This document shows, piece after piece, positions 23,332 to 36,693 of a stretch of DNA of 64,000 nucleotides (the first letter of the stretch is position 1; each line of letters starts with the position of its first letter). The stretch spans positions 13,082,001-13,146,000 of the forward strand of contig NW_026974141.1 of the NCBI RefSeq assembly GCF_037042905.1, read 5' to 3'. The notes below the pieces were generated by a model. The model was not told the origin of the DNA. It saw nothing but the letters and a program-made list of their open reading frames with translations, and did no database searches. This DNA comes from Lytechinus pictus. Lineage: Eukaryota. Made by a program: the position numbers and the translations under genes.

Positions 23332-24301
23332 TAGGCCTGGGACTTTCGGGTATTTTTGTCTTCGGGTACCCGTGGTAATTTTCGGGCGGGTAATCATGTC
23401 GCATGAAATATGACTGGTGGAAAAACCCCAGGGTGACGTTATCCAGCCACTGGGCCGCAAGCAAACTTATGAATGAAAATATAGTAAGCATGTGCAGTGC
23501 AAGCCTCCCGTGCCCCACGCAGTAATCCGCAATACTCTGTCACCTCGTAACAAAATCGACCTAGAATTCCACTTTCCTATATTTCATATTAATTATGAAA
23601 GGTATTGTCGGAGGATCTGTTTTCTTACCGATACCACACAGGTAAGCAAATTTTTATTACTTCTTGCTTTTCCGTCAAAATCTTACAAAGTAGCGTCGAT
23701 ATTACATCGTGTTCGTGAGTTTGTAGAATCTATCGCTACATGCACAAAGTCAATTGATTTCCGGGTAGTTTCGGAGCACCGAATGCGCCAGCCAATCACG
23801 ATTGTCTTACCATAAGGTATATTGCTAATCAGAATAGCAATCCATCATGTGATCGAAAAGGGGGCCGTTAGCTAGCTCTGCGCACTTGCAGAGCTAGCTA
23901 ACGGCCCCTTTTTCGATCCCATGATGGATTGCGATTCTGATTAGCTATAAACCTTATTTTCGGTTTATGATGAACTGAAAATGGTAACACGAACGTGGTT
24001 GGCTGGCGCTTCGTATGCTCAGTCCAGCTGCAAAAGAAACATGGCGACGATCGAACGATCTCATTCACAACATCACTTGAAAAACTTGTATATTTATGGA
24101 TATTTTGAGGGTAATTGGTGAGATTCAAAATGATACTTGTGTACTTTTGTGATGAGTTACAATCATGTCTTACACTACGCAATACAAATACATATACGTT
24201 ATACTTGTAAGCAATTTTCGGGTATCGGGTATTGATTTTTCTACCCGGTACCTGTGGCTTCCGGGCGGGACCCGGGTACCCGGGTTTTAGTCCCAGCCCT
24301 A
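23332..24301. mobile_element. hAT-like non-autonomous element with large internal palindrome
   Basis: TAGGCCTGGGAC...GTCCCAGCCCTA ends, CGGGTA subterminal repeats, hairpin centred near 23885; no clear TSD. Confidence 0.6.
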
Positions 24302-24956
24302 ATATATAGCTAACTGAACTGGCTGCACTGCTAGCATAACCTTGCAGTTTGCTACTGACTTTGTGCCTGTGTGTCAGTCAAAGAAAATAGCGCAATCAAA
24401 TTGGCTTGCAATTTGAGTCATAGAAACTTTTTCTTTTCTTTTTGAATGATGGAAGTTTCTAGTTTTAGAGTTTGTTGCTAGAATAGAGATTTCACTCAGA
24501 CTTAGGAAACTTCAATTTATTACAGGGGCGATTTTTCAGTATATGTGGGTTTTTTTCCGCCCTCATCTTTTTTTACCATGGCGGTTTAAGAGGTTTAGGG
24601 GGTGAATCGCCCGTCGCCACCATGTATTTTTTTCCTTGCTCTGCATCAAGAAAATCCATTAGTTTGCTGAAACTCTTGGCCCGGGAGCTCTCTGGGTTAG
24701 TGACTGCACAGACCACAGTCAATGAAAAATTGGAAATGATTCTTTCATTTTTCTGCCATTATCAAAACGTTCTCTTCAGGACGAGGGTTGGATCTAGAGT
24801 CTTAGTCTAGATTTAGGTTATCATGATAAACTAGTAGCCCATCTTTTCAGTAATGGAGTTATTATTCTATTTATCTTGCATTGTCTACAGGAAAATGATA
24901 GTGGGGTAACAACTGTCTTTCCTCGTTGGTACGTGAGCTGACCAAATTACATCGGC

Positions 24957-27900
24957 ATGATGAAGAAAGCAAGGGGGCCGAAACTCAGGCCCAAGTACCA
25001 CTCCTTCTACCTGGCTCTTTTCTCCATCATCCTCGCTGGCATCATCGTGACTGGCATCTTCCAGTTCTGGCCCCATTCCATCGAGTTGGAGAGGCAGCCG
25101 CGGTATCACATCGAAAGCTATCAAAACCTACAGGAGGTCAAGGTCTCGGAGGGGTCACCTCTGGGGGCAAAGACCGTGCAGGAGTGCCACTACCATGATT
25201 GTTTCGATGTCTATCGGTGCGGTTCGGACACCAACAGAATCAGTGTTTACATTTACCCCATGAGGAAGTATGTGGACGAGAGCGGGGTGCCGATTACGGG
25301 GCAGATCTCGAGGGAGTTTTATGAAGTTCTCAATGCTATTGCGAACAGTCCGTTTTATACGTCCAATGCGGACCAGGCGTGTCTGCTGGTGCCGTCCATT
25401 GATTTGTTGAATCAGAACACAATGAGGGTGAAGGAGATGGGACAAGTCTTGAATCGACTCCCAAGGTAGGTCACCCATTTTAAATATAATAATCATGATA
25501 ATAATAATGGTCAGTTTTTGTATAGCGCATAACACATAACAAATAGTCTCTATGCGCTTGAGAAAACAAAGGAGAGGAAGAGAAGTGTTGATGCGTTCAT
25601 TTTGTTGAGGCTAGGTACAATTTAAAATAAGTATGTTTTAAGAGCTGTTTTGAATTTTTTGACTGAATCAATCTTTTTCAGGTGGTTAGGTGGTTAAGAG
25701 CAACCCTCGTGTTGAAAATTTGTTAAGCTTCCGAAATGCCCCCATGAATCATGAGCAAAATACAACAGATTTGTAAACAAATACAAAATCACTGTCTAAA
25801 TCTAATTTATCAAAATGCAAATGTCACATACAGACCTGCCAACCAGTACGTTTTAGCCGTATTTAGTACGTTTTTGCAACCAAAATACGGCAGTACGTTT
25901 TTTCTTTAAAAAATATGTTTTTTGTATTAAAAAATCGTAATTTATTGAGAAAAATCATCTCTATTTCATAAAACGTACACAAATATGGTTATTAGATCAA
26001 TGTAATTTCAGGTAACTTGTTTTTTTTTTCAATCATTTTGTAAAAACCAGGGTGAGATATACACAAGTTTCAATGTTTTTTTTTTTCATCTGCAAGAGCA
26101 GTGCGCATTTTAGCTTGCATGCAGCTTGAGCTCCGTGATGGGCGAGTGCGCCAAGCATTTTATTATGAAATACACTTTTTTGGGGGAAAATACAGTTTTT
26201 TGTATCACAGAATACAGTTTTTCATTCCCAGAGGTTGGCAGGTCTGCACATATTGTTTTAAGTTTAACAATAAGTTTTAAAACAAAAAGGGATGTAAAGA
26301 CAGAGTTCTGAATTAACCCATTGAAAATTTGTATCAGGATTTTATCTAAAATGTGAAAGCCTTTTATGACCCCCCCCCCCAAAAAAAAAAATCCACTTTT
26401 AATAAATGGATTGGAAAGAAAAAGAAGATGATTAAAATATGAGGATTTTCTCTAACAGTTAAAAGAGGTCTCTTGTGATCAAAAACCCTTTTGATAATGG
26501 ATAGAAAATGAAAATACATGTAGATAATTGGATATAGATAAATGATTTTGAAATCATTGATTATCCATTTTAACTTGACAAAGATACCCTCACCCTTCTT
26601 GCTATCTTCTTCAGATGGAACGGAGGCACCAACCACCTCCTCATCAACATGCTCCCAGGCACCATACCCGACTTCAACACAGCCCTGGACGTCCCCAGGG
26701 GTAACGCCATCCTGGCTGGTGGGGGATTCTCCTCCTGGACGTACAGGCCCGGCTACGATGTCAGCATCCCGGTCTTCAGCACGGCCATGTCCACTGTCAA
26801 AATGAGCGAGAGGCCGTTCGAGTGAGTCACTGATAAATTTATCATCTTTTATGAAATTCACTTATTTTGTCCAATAAGAACATGATCTAAGCATGTACAA
26901 AATAAGTAGATGTTTACCTAGATCCAAATGGAACAATGGAGTTCAATCAATTTTTTTTCTTATTTTTTAGGAGAGAGCAGAATTCCAAAGTTGCCAATGA
27001 GCTCTATGTAATACACTGAATTCTCATCGAATGGCACTATTTATCTGAATAAGTAATAGAAGAGAAGGGTATGCTATAGGGGCAATGTTTCTGAGGTGCA
27101 TGTCCCTCAAACTGTGGCCCATGAATAAAATAATGTAATATGTATTCATTGTCACATATATAATGGAAGCCTGATCAGAAAATATATTAACCATTCAATA
27201 AATACTATCAATTTCTGCTTGCATCAATTTAAGCTACATGTATGTAGAATAGGGGTTGCAATGTCATGCATTTTTGTATGCATGGCTAAAATTTCCAAGA
27301 GAAGCCTTGTTCCCATTTTATAGCAATAGCTGTCTAAACAATATTTTGCATTCTCTTTACATCACCCCGAACCCAGTTGTTGACCATAGTTTGCACCAAA
27401 CTAGATTTTTAGGTCTTCGAAGCCTTAAGAGTTGATCTGGTGCAATTTTGTGTAGACACGATTTTGTAATTTATAGCTTTTGTTGTAATTTACCCAAATA
27501 AAAGCTTAATATTTTTTTACACTCATCCCTTTGACACCCCAGCACCGTGCGTCCTTACCTAGCCGTCTCCACGCAAGCCGGGATCCATGATGACTACCGA
27601 ACCCAGCTTCTAACCATAGCTAGCACCAACCCAGACTTCCAGGTCTTGGACGAGTGCAAGACTGAAGAAGGGCTGCCAGATCCCTTCAAGAGATGCCAGG
27701 ACAACAAAGCTTTCAGCTATCCTCATATATTACAGGTAAATAAGTTAGCAAATCTACTTTTAAGTTTTGCAACCCTTGGAATGCATTACTTGTTTTCCAG
27801 TGTTCATGTCGATGAAATCGACCTTGAAATTTGGATTTGTACCCAATGCTGCTAAAAATAAGGGAATCCACCCAAAAAGATAATGATAGAAGCAAAGGAA

Positions 27901-30900
27901 TCAATATGCTAGAACCCCCTTCCCATCTCAAAGAGAAAAGTAAAAGAATTTTATAAAAATAGCAATCCATCAAATAAAAATTGGTAAATGCTGCAATATG
28001 TGTCTCGTGAAATCTCCCTCTACTGTCACTTGAAAATCAAATTCACTGAAGAACTTAATATACTCTTTTTTTCTCTCTAGGATGCTACATTTTGTATAGT
28101 GCTACGTCGGACACGCCTTGGACAAGCTGCCCTCAGTGATGCACTCCAAGCTGGATGTATACCGGTCATCATCAGTGACGCCTACATCTTACCTTTCTCT
28201 GAAGTTATTGATTGGAAAAGGTACAAAATATGATTATCAGAACAAAAGCTCATTCCCTAATAATTTGAAATTGTCATGAGGAATTCATTCAAAAATTAAT
28301 ACAAGTTGTGGTAACAATCTAAAAATGGGATTAAATAGAATTTGATAAGTTGGCCACCCGAGTGTTTATGTACAAAATATTTGCCAAAATAAGTGATTCT
28401 GGTAGATAGTGTGTAATGGAAGTGCCGTGGTGTAGTGGTTCTGACTCTTGCCTTGTAATCGGAGGGTCGTGTGTTCAAATCCCACCATGGCCTTGCGTCC
28501 TTTGGCAAGGCGTCAATCCACAATTGGCCTCTCTCCACCCAGGTGTTAAATGGGTACCCGGTAGGCTGCGAAAGCTTATGTAGTATGTCTAGCAATTGAG
28601 TCTTTGAAACTCTCGTTGGAATGCTCCCCAGGGAGTGGAGAAGTGGCATGCGTTGTATGCGGGCATGCAAGGGGTAATAATTTATCTGTAAAAGCGCTCC
28701 GAGACGTCGTTCAGATGTGTTAAGCGCTATGTAAATGCGGAATATTATTATTATTATTAATTGCAGAGAAATGGACAAAAATAAGCATGGCATACCAGCC
28801 ATGTGCAGGTCTTTTCCCATGCAATAAATTCTCAGTCCCACAAATGGTTTTCTGTGCTGGTGATCTTCAGTGTGAACAATCATCTGGGTCCCTTAACACA
28901 AAGGTTAGCGATTGATCGTACGCTTGATTTTCACGATTGATTGTGCATTGTAGCCAGTGCAATCAATCGTAGAAAAATGTGTCTACGATCATTGCTAAGC
29001 TTTGTTTTACAGGCCCCAGATTAGAGTTCCTGATTTCGCATTGTTCGGTTCATGTTAACGAGATAGATCTCGATCTACCCTGAAAGGGCAACAATTAAAC
29101 TTGATTTTAAAAGACTTTCTTATAGCACCATTGTTTGCTGCCACTACATGTAAATGTCTTTAAATTATTTTTTGTCATTTAGTCATAGTAGTTGCTTCAG
29201 CAAACATTATGATTATTCTAATATAATTTATAAAATAATCTTAAAGTACAAGTTCAGGTAAGGTAAAAATGGATTTTCACTCTTTCACAGGGCATCACTG
29301 GTTGTCCGAGAAGACCGCATCCCTGACCTTCCCGACATCTTGCACTCCATCGAGCTTGAGCACATCCACCAGATGAGACGGCAGGTCCGGTTTCTATGGA
29401 AACGGTACTTCAGCAGCATGGCTAACATCACCCTGACAACGCTGCAGATCATCAATGATCGTGTCTTCCCGTACAAGGCTAAGGATTACGATTGGTGGAA
29501 TGAGCCGACTCCAAGGGTAAGAATAAAATTCTTTTTCTTTAATCTTTTTTTTTTATTAAAAAAAATGAAACTCTTTACATGAGTTAGCTTGTATGAAAAA
29601 AAAACTGAAAAAAAGAAGGATGGATCAATTAAAGTTTGAGGATAATTGGACCAACAATGAGAAAGTCACAAGCTTTTGATTATTGAGAACGCTAATGCTA
29701 TCATGGCCAGGAGATCTTCCCAGTGGGAATGCGACTTAAGATGTGCGATGTCATACATGAACAACTGTCCACTTTGGACACTGAAAATATTTGCTTTACA
29801 TCATTTCTATTTTTCATTGGAAATTCTTTGTCAGTGATATATTTTGTGGAACCTGTTTTACACTCTTTCTAAGTGATGTGAAAACAATATTAAAGCTCAC
29901 AGTGAATGTTTTCACCATTATAAGATCCCTTTAAGGATGTTTTTTTTTATTTACTTGATATGTACTTCTTGGTAAAAGCTTAAGCTTCATGTCAACAATC
30001 GTTCTTGGATGAATTCTACAGTCAACACATGCTATTTGCATATATGGCTCCTTTTGAACACCAAAGCTTAATGAAACAATTTTAATTTCATTTCTGTTCA
30101 GAGAGGTGCCCAGAACCCGCTGTTCTTGCCTATCATCCCTCCCAAGTCACATGGCTTCACTGCCGTGGTACTCACCTATGACAGGGAGCAGAGTCTCTTC
30201 GAGATCATCAAGCAAATCTCGCAGACGCCGAGTCTCTCCAAGGTTCTGGTTGTCTGGAACCATCAAGAAAAGACACCACCACCTGGTGAGTTTGTGANNN
30301 NNNNNNNNNNNNNNNNNNNNNNNNNNNNNNNNNNNNNNNNNNNNNNNNNNNNNNNNNNNNNNNNNNNNNNNNNNNNNNNNNNNNNNNNNNNNNNNNNNNN
30401 NNNNNNNNNNNNNNNNNNNNNNNNNNNNNNNNNNNNNNNNNNNNNNNNNNNNNNNNNNNNNNNNCCTTTAAAGAAAATGAGAGGATGCATGGAGAGATGA
30501 GGTTATTTTTGAGATCATCAATCAAATTCACAGCCACCAAGTGTGTCACCGTTCTGGTTGTCTGGAACCACAAAGAAAAGATGCGACCACTAGGTGAATA
30601 TATGATTATGATTTTGATAATTGTTTAGATTTCTGCGGTCTCATGTGATTCTCCTGAGGTGGGTTTACGTGTACAGGTAATCTTATTAATAACCAACAAG
30701 GAATGAAATAATAATATGATTATTAAAAACTTCATGATAATAAATCTATAAAGTAAATTTCTTTCTGTTTTCACTGTGGTGAAGTGCTACGTTTTGTTCA
30801 TCTTTCTTTCAGCTGATCGATGGCCCAAGATCAACAAACCCTTGAAGGTCGTTCAGACCAAAGAAAACAAACTAAGCAATCGATTCTATCCTTACGATGA

Positions 30901-33900
30901 GATTGAGACAGAGTGCATCCTTGCTATCGATGATGACATCATCATGTTGACACCGGATGAGCTGGAGTTTGGTTATGGGGTAAGAATTGATTGAGTCTAT
31001 CAAAATCATTAATTTTTCATTGTTGGTATATTTCTATGTGATTGTATCCTTGCCATCGATTTTTATCTGGGACAATGAATGATTTGAAACCTTATTTGAT
31101 CAGCTTTTATTCAAATCGTTGACGTTATTATGTTTTTTTTCATTGCTGCATTTTCCATTTTAAAGTTGTATTAGGATTAAACAGAGATTGATCAAGAATA
31201 TCTTTAGGAAATAAAATTTGCCAGTTTTTGTGGAATAAAAGTGATCACTAACTTTCCATTTCATTGCCAATTTTAGAAATATTACAGTAGTGATTACATA
31301 TTTTCAAGTTTTTGTTCAACGTGACTAGTCTTGCTCTCATTTCAAATTTTCTTCATTGATTGTGTTTACACTTGGGACAAATGATCCTTGAATAATCCAC
31401 ATGATGAGGTCAAAGGTCGTCTAGGGGTCAAAAGATCGTATTGATTGCAAAATCAGGCAAATCTCATGGAACCACCTTGGTTGTTTTTAGCATTGAAAAG
31501 ATAATAGTGTTGGTTTATTAGGGTCAATGTGTAATTTGTTTGACTTTTATGGCCATGCATCTAAAAAAAAATTTGGCCAAAACAGCAACATTTTTTCCCC
31601 ATTTGGTTTAAAAAGTACTGGACTTTGGTTCATTGCAAAATCAGTGAATTGCCCTTTATTTGGTCTGTGCTTGCATGGCATGTAGTTTTCATTCATTTTG
31701 GAATAGAAGTTACGTTTAATCTTAAGAAGAGCTTGAATTAGGTATTATTTGTCATTATGGTGAGTTTGTCTTATTTATGTAAAGTCATGATATGATATTT
31801 TCAATGTTTATTGTGGAGGAGCCGTGGTGTAGTGGTTCTGACTCTCGCCTTGTAAACAGAGGGTCGTGTGTTCGAATCCCACCGCGGTCTGGCGTCCTTT
31901 GGCAAGGCGTTAATCCACACTTTGCCACTCTCGACCCAGGTGCTAAATGGGTACCCGGTAGGATGTGAAAGTCATTGTAGCTTGTCCAGTACTGTGTGCG
32001 CCTCACCGGCGACTGACTGGAATACTCCCCAGGGAGTGGAGGATGTGCACACATTGTGTGCGGGAATGACTGATTGAATCCGATGACCGGGGTAATAATA
32101 TCTGTAAAGCGCTTAGACACGTCGTTCCGATGTATTAAGCGCTATATAAAAAACGTATTATTATTATTATTGCAGGTTTGGAGAGAGTTCCCTGATCGTC
32201 TTGTAGGTTTTCCAAGCCGCCTTCATCTTTGGGACGAGGCTCATGGTAAATGGAAGTATGAAAGTGAATGGATGAATGACCACTCTATGGTTCTCACAGG
32301 GGCTGCATTCTATCATAAGGTAAGCAAAACATGACTCTTCTATNNNNNNNNNNNNNNNNNNNNNNNNNNNNNNNNNNNNNNNNNNNNNNNNNNNNNNNNN
32401 NNNNNNNNNNNNNNNNNNNNNNNNNNNNNNNNNNNNNNNNNNNNNNNNNNNNNNNNNNNNNNNNNNNNNNNNNNNNNNNNNNNNNNNNNNNNNNNNNNNN
32501 NNNNNNNNNNNNNNNNNNNNNNNNNNNNNNNNNNNNNNNNNNNNNNNNNNNNNNNNNNNNNNNNNNNNNNNNNNNNNNNNNNNNNNNNNNNNNNNNNNNN
32601 NNNNNNNNNNNNNNNNNNNNNNNNNNNNNNNNNNNNNNNNNNNNNNNNNNNNNNNNNNNNNNNNNNNNNNNNNNNNNNNNNNNNNNNNNNNNNNNNNNNN
32701 NNNNNNNNNNNNNNNNNNNNNNNNNNNNNNNNNNNNNNNNNNNNNNNNNNNNNNNNNNNNNNNNNNNNNNNNNNNNNNNNNNNNNNNNNNNNNNNNNNNN
32801 NNNNNNNNNNNNNNNNNNNNNNNNNNNNNNNNNNNNNNNNNNNNNNNNNNNNNNNNNNNNNNNNNNNNNNNNNNNNNNNNNNNNNNNNNNNNNNNNNNNN
32901 NNNNNNNNNNNNNNNNNNNNNNNNNNNNNNNNNNNNNNNNNNNNNNNNNNNNNNNNNNNNNNNNNNNNNNNNNNNNNNNNNNNNNNNNNNNNNNNNNNNN
33001 NNNNNNNNNNNNNNNNNNNNNNNNNNNNNNNNNNNNNNNNNNNNNNNNNNNNNNNNNNNNNNNNNNNNNNNNNNNNNNNNNNNNNNNNNNNNNNNNNNNN
33101 NNNNNNNNNNNNNNNNNNNNNNNNNNNNNNNNNNNNNNNNNNNNNNNNNNNNNNNNNNNNNNNNNNNNNNNNNNNNNNNNNNNNNNNNNNNNNNNNNNNN
33201 NNNNNNNNNNNNNNNNNNNNNNNNNNNNNNNNNNNNNNNNNNNNNNNNNNNNNNGGTTGGTTTTCCAAGCCAACTTCATCTTTGGGTTGAGGCTCATGGC
33301 AAATGAATGTATGAAGTTGAATGGATGAATGACGGTTCTAACAGGTGCTACATTCTACCATAGGGTATTACAAACATGACACTTCATATCTTTTATAATA
33401 ATCAGAAGTAAAGATTAATGCCAGTTGTAACAGTCTAAAAATGAGTTTGAGCAAAATCCAACAAAATACTCACCCAAGTGTTTGTATGGATATCCCCCAA
33501 AATGTGCCAATTGATTGTATTATGGTATAAAATGTGTTCGTACTAAGAAATGGCAAAATAAGCATTGCATTCCAACCAGATGTTGGGTCTTTTTTTTCTT
33601 CAAATGCTTACCTGTCCATACAAATTGAAGAAAAAAAGAAAAAATAATTTAGTTTGATTATAATCCATTTTACAAGTTACACCACTTCTGCCTCCTAATT
33701 CACATTACTCAGTCATTTTGAGACAGTTTTTCACAATTTTATTTCATAACTTCGAAATTAAGTTAATCTGTGAACTTTTAAAAATTTGTTAATTTTGGAG
33801 ACCCGCTACTTTTTTTCCCCTCACAGTATTTCAGCTATGCCTACACACACAAGATGTCACCGCACATCAAGACATGGGTGGATGCCCATATGAACTGTGA

Positions 33901-35075
33901 AGATATCGCTATGAACTTCCTCATTGCTAACATCACCGGAAAAGCACCCATGAAGGTAATGTATTCTTGTATTCTCGTATTTAAGAATGCATGGTCCGTA
34001 TTCTGAACATCGGTTTAACTTAAACTGTGGTCTACAGTTTTTAATTAGCAATGGAGACTCAAGTGTGACACATTTTGCCTAGAGTTACTGATCCAGTTTA
34101 TAAGTATATTTGGCTCTCTGAATAAATCATTTATAATTATTTGGAAGTAATCAGAGAAATATTTCTCTTCACCATTGAAGCATGAAGAAATAACGGTGTA
34201 AACAAAGGTAAATTTTTTTAATAACAAACTAGATTAGATGATAGCATCAAAGATGGTGAGGTACTTATACCAAATTATGGAATAATCCGTAAAGATAGAA
34301 ATAGAATAGGAGATGGAGTTGCAATTTATATCCATGAAACTTTGAAATTTAAGCTATTGGAACATGATTCTTTTTCCTCGATAGAAGCAATAGCGATTAT
34401 TACCCATATGAACAAATGTTATCTTTTGTTGGTGGATTTAACTATTCAATATTAATTGGTGATGCAAATTTCGATCTAAAACGCCCACAGACTGAATTCC
34501 AATAAATGGCTTCCAATAAAAAATGCAAATGATTTTTGAAATGTATTTATACTATTCCCAAAGAGACTTTTTAATCCAATCATTCACTTTTTTTGGTAAG
34601 CAAGATTGCAGTTTGGGACACAATGGCATGGGTTTGTTTTTATGATGCTGTTCTTAAGTCATGCATGAAATCAAAGACTGTTCTTATGCAAAGTGATGCA
34701 TCATTACGTAGCTGATTTAGTGTCAAAGCATGCGTTCGGGTTGATGAGGGGCAAGTCGTGCGTAATGTATGGACAGCTTAAAGAAACACCACCCAGGACC
34801 AGTTTTGGTGTAATGAGGTCTAAACTCTGATTTAATTATCACTCCATGTTTAGGTTACTCCCAGGAAGAAGTTCAAGTGTCCAGAGTGCACCAGCGTCGA
34901 GATGATCTCGGCCGATCTTAATCACATGGTGGAGAGGTCCGAGTGTATCATGGAGTTTGAAAAAGAGTATGGCATGATGCCTCTGAAGACTGTCCAGTTC
35001 AGAGCCGACCCGGTACTCTACAAGGACAACGTCCCTGAAGAACTGAAGCGATATCATACTATTGGGAGTTTGTAG
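24957..35075 (+). CDS. EXT2: Exostosin-2 (heparan sulfate polymerase subunit), 706 aa, 10 coding exons
   Basis: Exons 24957-25465, 26615-26821, 27543-27735, 28081-28220, 29291-29516, 30102-30285, 30813-30979, 32176-32319, 33827-33955, 34854-35075; all GT-AG, phases consistent, total 2121 nt. N-terminal TM ([23 protein letters not shown]), [62 protein letters not shown]...IGSL* all match EXT2. Confidence 0.97.
25831..26246. mobile_element. MITE with CAGACCTGCCAACC TIR and 6-bp TSD
   Basis: TSD CACATA; near-identical copy at 36986-37374. Confidence 0.85.
28418..28760 (+). mobile_element. tRNA-derived SINE
   Basis: TGGTGTAGTGG A box, GTTCAAATCC B box, (ATT)n tail; same family as 31815-32172. 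Confidence 0.85.
28884..29019. mobile_element. Small MITE (PIF/Harbinger-like)
   Basis: Inverted ends GGGTCCCTTAACACAAAG / CTTTGTTTTACAGGCCCC; relative at about 36914-37440. Confidence 0.6.
30490..30598 (+). pseudogene. Degenerate copy of the 3' part of EXT2 coding exon 6, including donor
   Basis: GAGATCATCAA...GTTCTGGTTGTCTGGAACCA.AAAGAAAAG..GGTGA repeats 30201-30290; separated from it by an N gap. Confidence 0.8.
31815..32172 (+). mobile_element. tRNA-derived SINE abutting an EXT2 splice acceptor
   Basis: A and B boxes; (ATT)n tail ends 3 nt before the exon at 32176; candidate TSD TTATTG. Confidence 0.88.
33255..33388 (+). pseudogene. Degenerate copy of EXT2 coding exon 8
   Basis: GGTTTTCCAAGCC..CTTCATCTTTGGG..GAGGCTCATGG..ATGGATGAATGAC repeats 32206-32340 with a stop and a deletion; next to an N gap. 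Confidence 0.85.
34225..34480 (+). mobile_element. Decayed LINE endonuclease fragment in EXT2 last intron
   Basis: Translates [41 protein letters not shown], homologous to the APE region of the LINE ORF2. Confidence 0.7.
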
Positions 35076-35139
35076 GTGTGAAAGTGTAATAGGAAGAATT
35101 GAAACATTGCTATACTCCAGGAGACAGTATCCCTATACA

Positions 35140-35656
35140 ATGGCTTGATGCCTTAGAAGGCGGTTCATTTCAGAGCAGATCTAGTCACCTTTAAGGACAA
35201 TGTCCCTGAAGAGGTACCATACCATTGGGAGTCTGTAGGTAGGCCTATATAACATATATCTGCTGATGCCGTTAAAGACTGTCCACTTCAGGGCCGACCC
35301 GGTCCTCTATAAAGACAACGTCCCTGAAAAACTGAAGCAGCATCATACTCTTGGGAGCTTGTAGGTGTGAAAAATATTGCAGCATTTCAAGGATCACCCT
35401 TTGATGCAATTCAAGACTGTCTGTTTCAGGGCCATTCCTGTTCTCTATAAGGACAACGTACCTGAAGAAATGAAGCGGTGTCGGACATGAAGCTGCAGTC
35501 CAGAAATCCCCCTAGCAGTAGAAAGACATTATTCCTGAAGGAATAAAACATTGCTATACTACACGGAACAGTATTCCTGGATTTCGCTTTATGCCTTCAG
35601 AACACTCTAAAATTCCCGAAGAACTGAAAGTGATATCACGCCATTGGGAATTGTAG
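35140..35656 (+). repeat. About four degenerate tandem copies of the last ~100 nt of the EXT2 CDS in the 3' UTR
   Basis: TGATGCC...AAGACTGTCC..TTCAG.GCCGACCC...AAGGACAACGTCCCTGAAGAA...ATTGGGAG..TGTAG near 35145, 35264, 35402 and 35590. Confidence 0.88.
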
Positions 35657-35715
35657 TCAGTACATCAGTGGATTCATGCAGGGTCATTTGTATTTTGCAA
35701 GTACAAGTTCATCCC

Positions 35716-35905
35716 AGGTGGGAATTTCATAAAGCTGTTTGTAAGTTAAGAGTGACTTTAAGAAGGACTGGTGATCCTTTTTTGTGGTAAATGATATTCA
35801 CCATTAAAATGTTCATTGGTGATTATTTAGCACGTAAGAAAGGTTCACCAGTCATTCTTAAAATCACTCTTAACTTATAAACAGCTTTATCAAACACCCA
35901 ACAGG
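35716..35905. mobile_element. MITE family (GGGTGTTTCATAAAGCTGTT TIR); other copies at about 38822-38985, 51682-51857, 60530-60702
   Basis: Shared inverted termini and GACTGGTGA core in four places. Confidence 0.7.
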
Positions 35906-36341
35906 TTTATAAGCTTGTCAACCTTCACCAACAGATGCGCAATGCAGAAATTTGTCATCAAACTAAATTGATCACTAGTGTAGATGACACCGTCAAATAT
36001 TATCAATCTGGTGCTTGCCTCTTTTTGTGCCCCAATTATCTTCAAACCTGCAAAACATTAACTATATTTGGTGAAGGATAATATTTATTTACATGTATAT
36101 GTATAATTACGGTTTATTTAAAATGTTTTGTCAATCATTGGACATAAAGGGAAACTAATATGTCGTGATGTAAATAGAATTGACAATTGATGCTTCCACT
36201 GACTATCCTTTTTTTGTAATGATGGCTAATGCTAATGCCAAAGTATTACACTATGGGAAGTATTAGGAGAAAAATAAATTATGGAGATAAGGTATCAGTG
36301 CATCGTGCAGGTCTCATGAGCAGTGTCATTCATAGAAAGCC

Positions 36342-36693
36342 TAGCAAGTATAACGTGGAGGTTTACGGTTCACCATGTGTAATATGAAGAAGGGAAGGAA
36401 ATACAGGCAGAAAGGTTGAAATTGAAAGACGAGATGGGATGAAAAGAGGAAATTAGAAGGATTCTTTCTTGAAAGTGAGTGAAGTCCTGAAAAGGACTGT
36501 AAACCAGATGAGATGAGCTGAATATGGCTTGAGTAGCGATGGTTTGAGTAGTAGCAGGATGAAGTGAAGAGAGGTTACTTGACGTTTCGGGCAGGTTGAC
36601 TGTCCGTCCTCATATTACACATGGTGAACCGTAAACCTTCTCCACGTTATAAACTCCACCAAGCAAACCTACAAAGATCATCCTTAGCAAGTA
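36342..36693. mobile_element. Penelope-like retroelement remnant (inverted pLTR arrangement)
   Basis: ~40-bp inverted repeat (36349-36386 / 36611-36651), GACGTTTCGG motif, flanking direct repeat TAGCAAGTAT. Confidence 0.55.

Noticed and set aside
32167-33297. 300+ aa ORFs
   Set aside because: Artefacts of the N gap (also 30126-30573)
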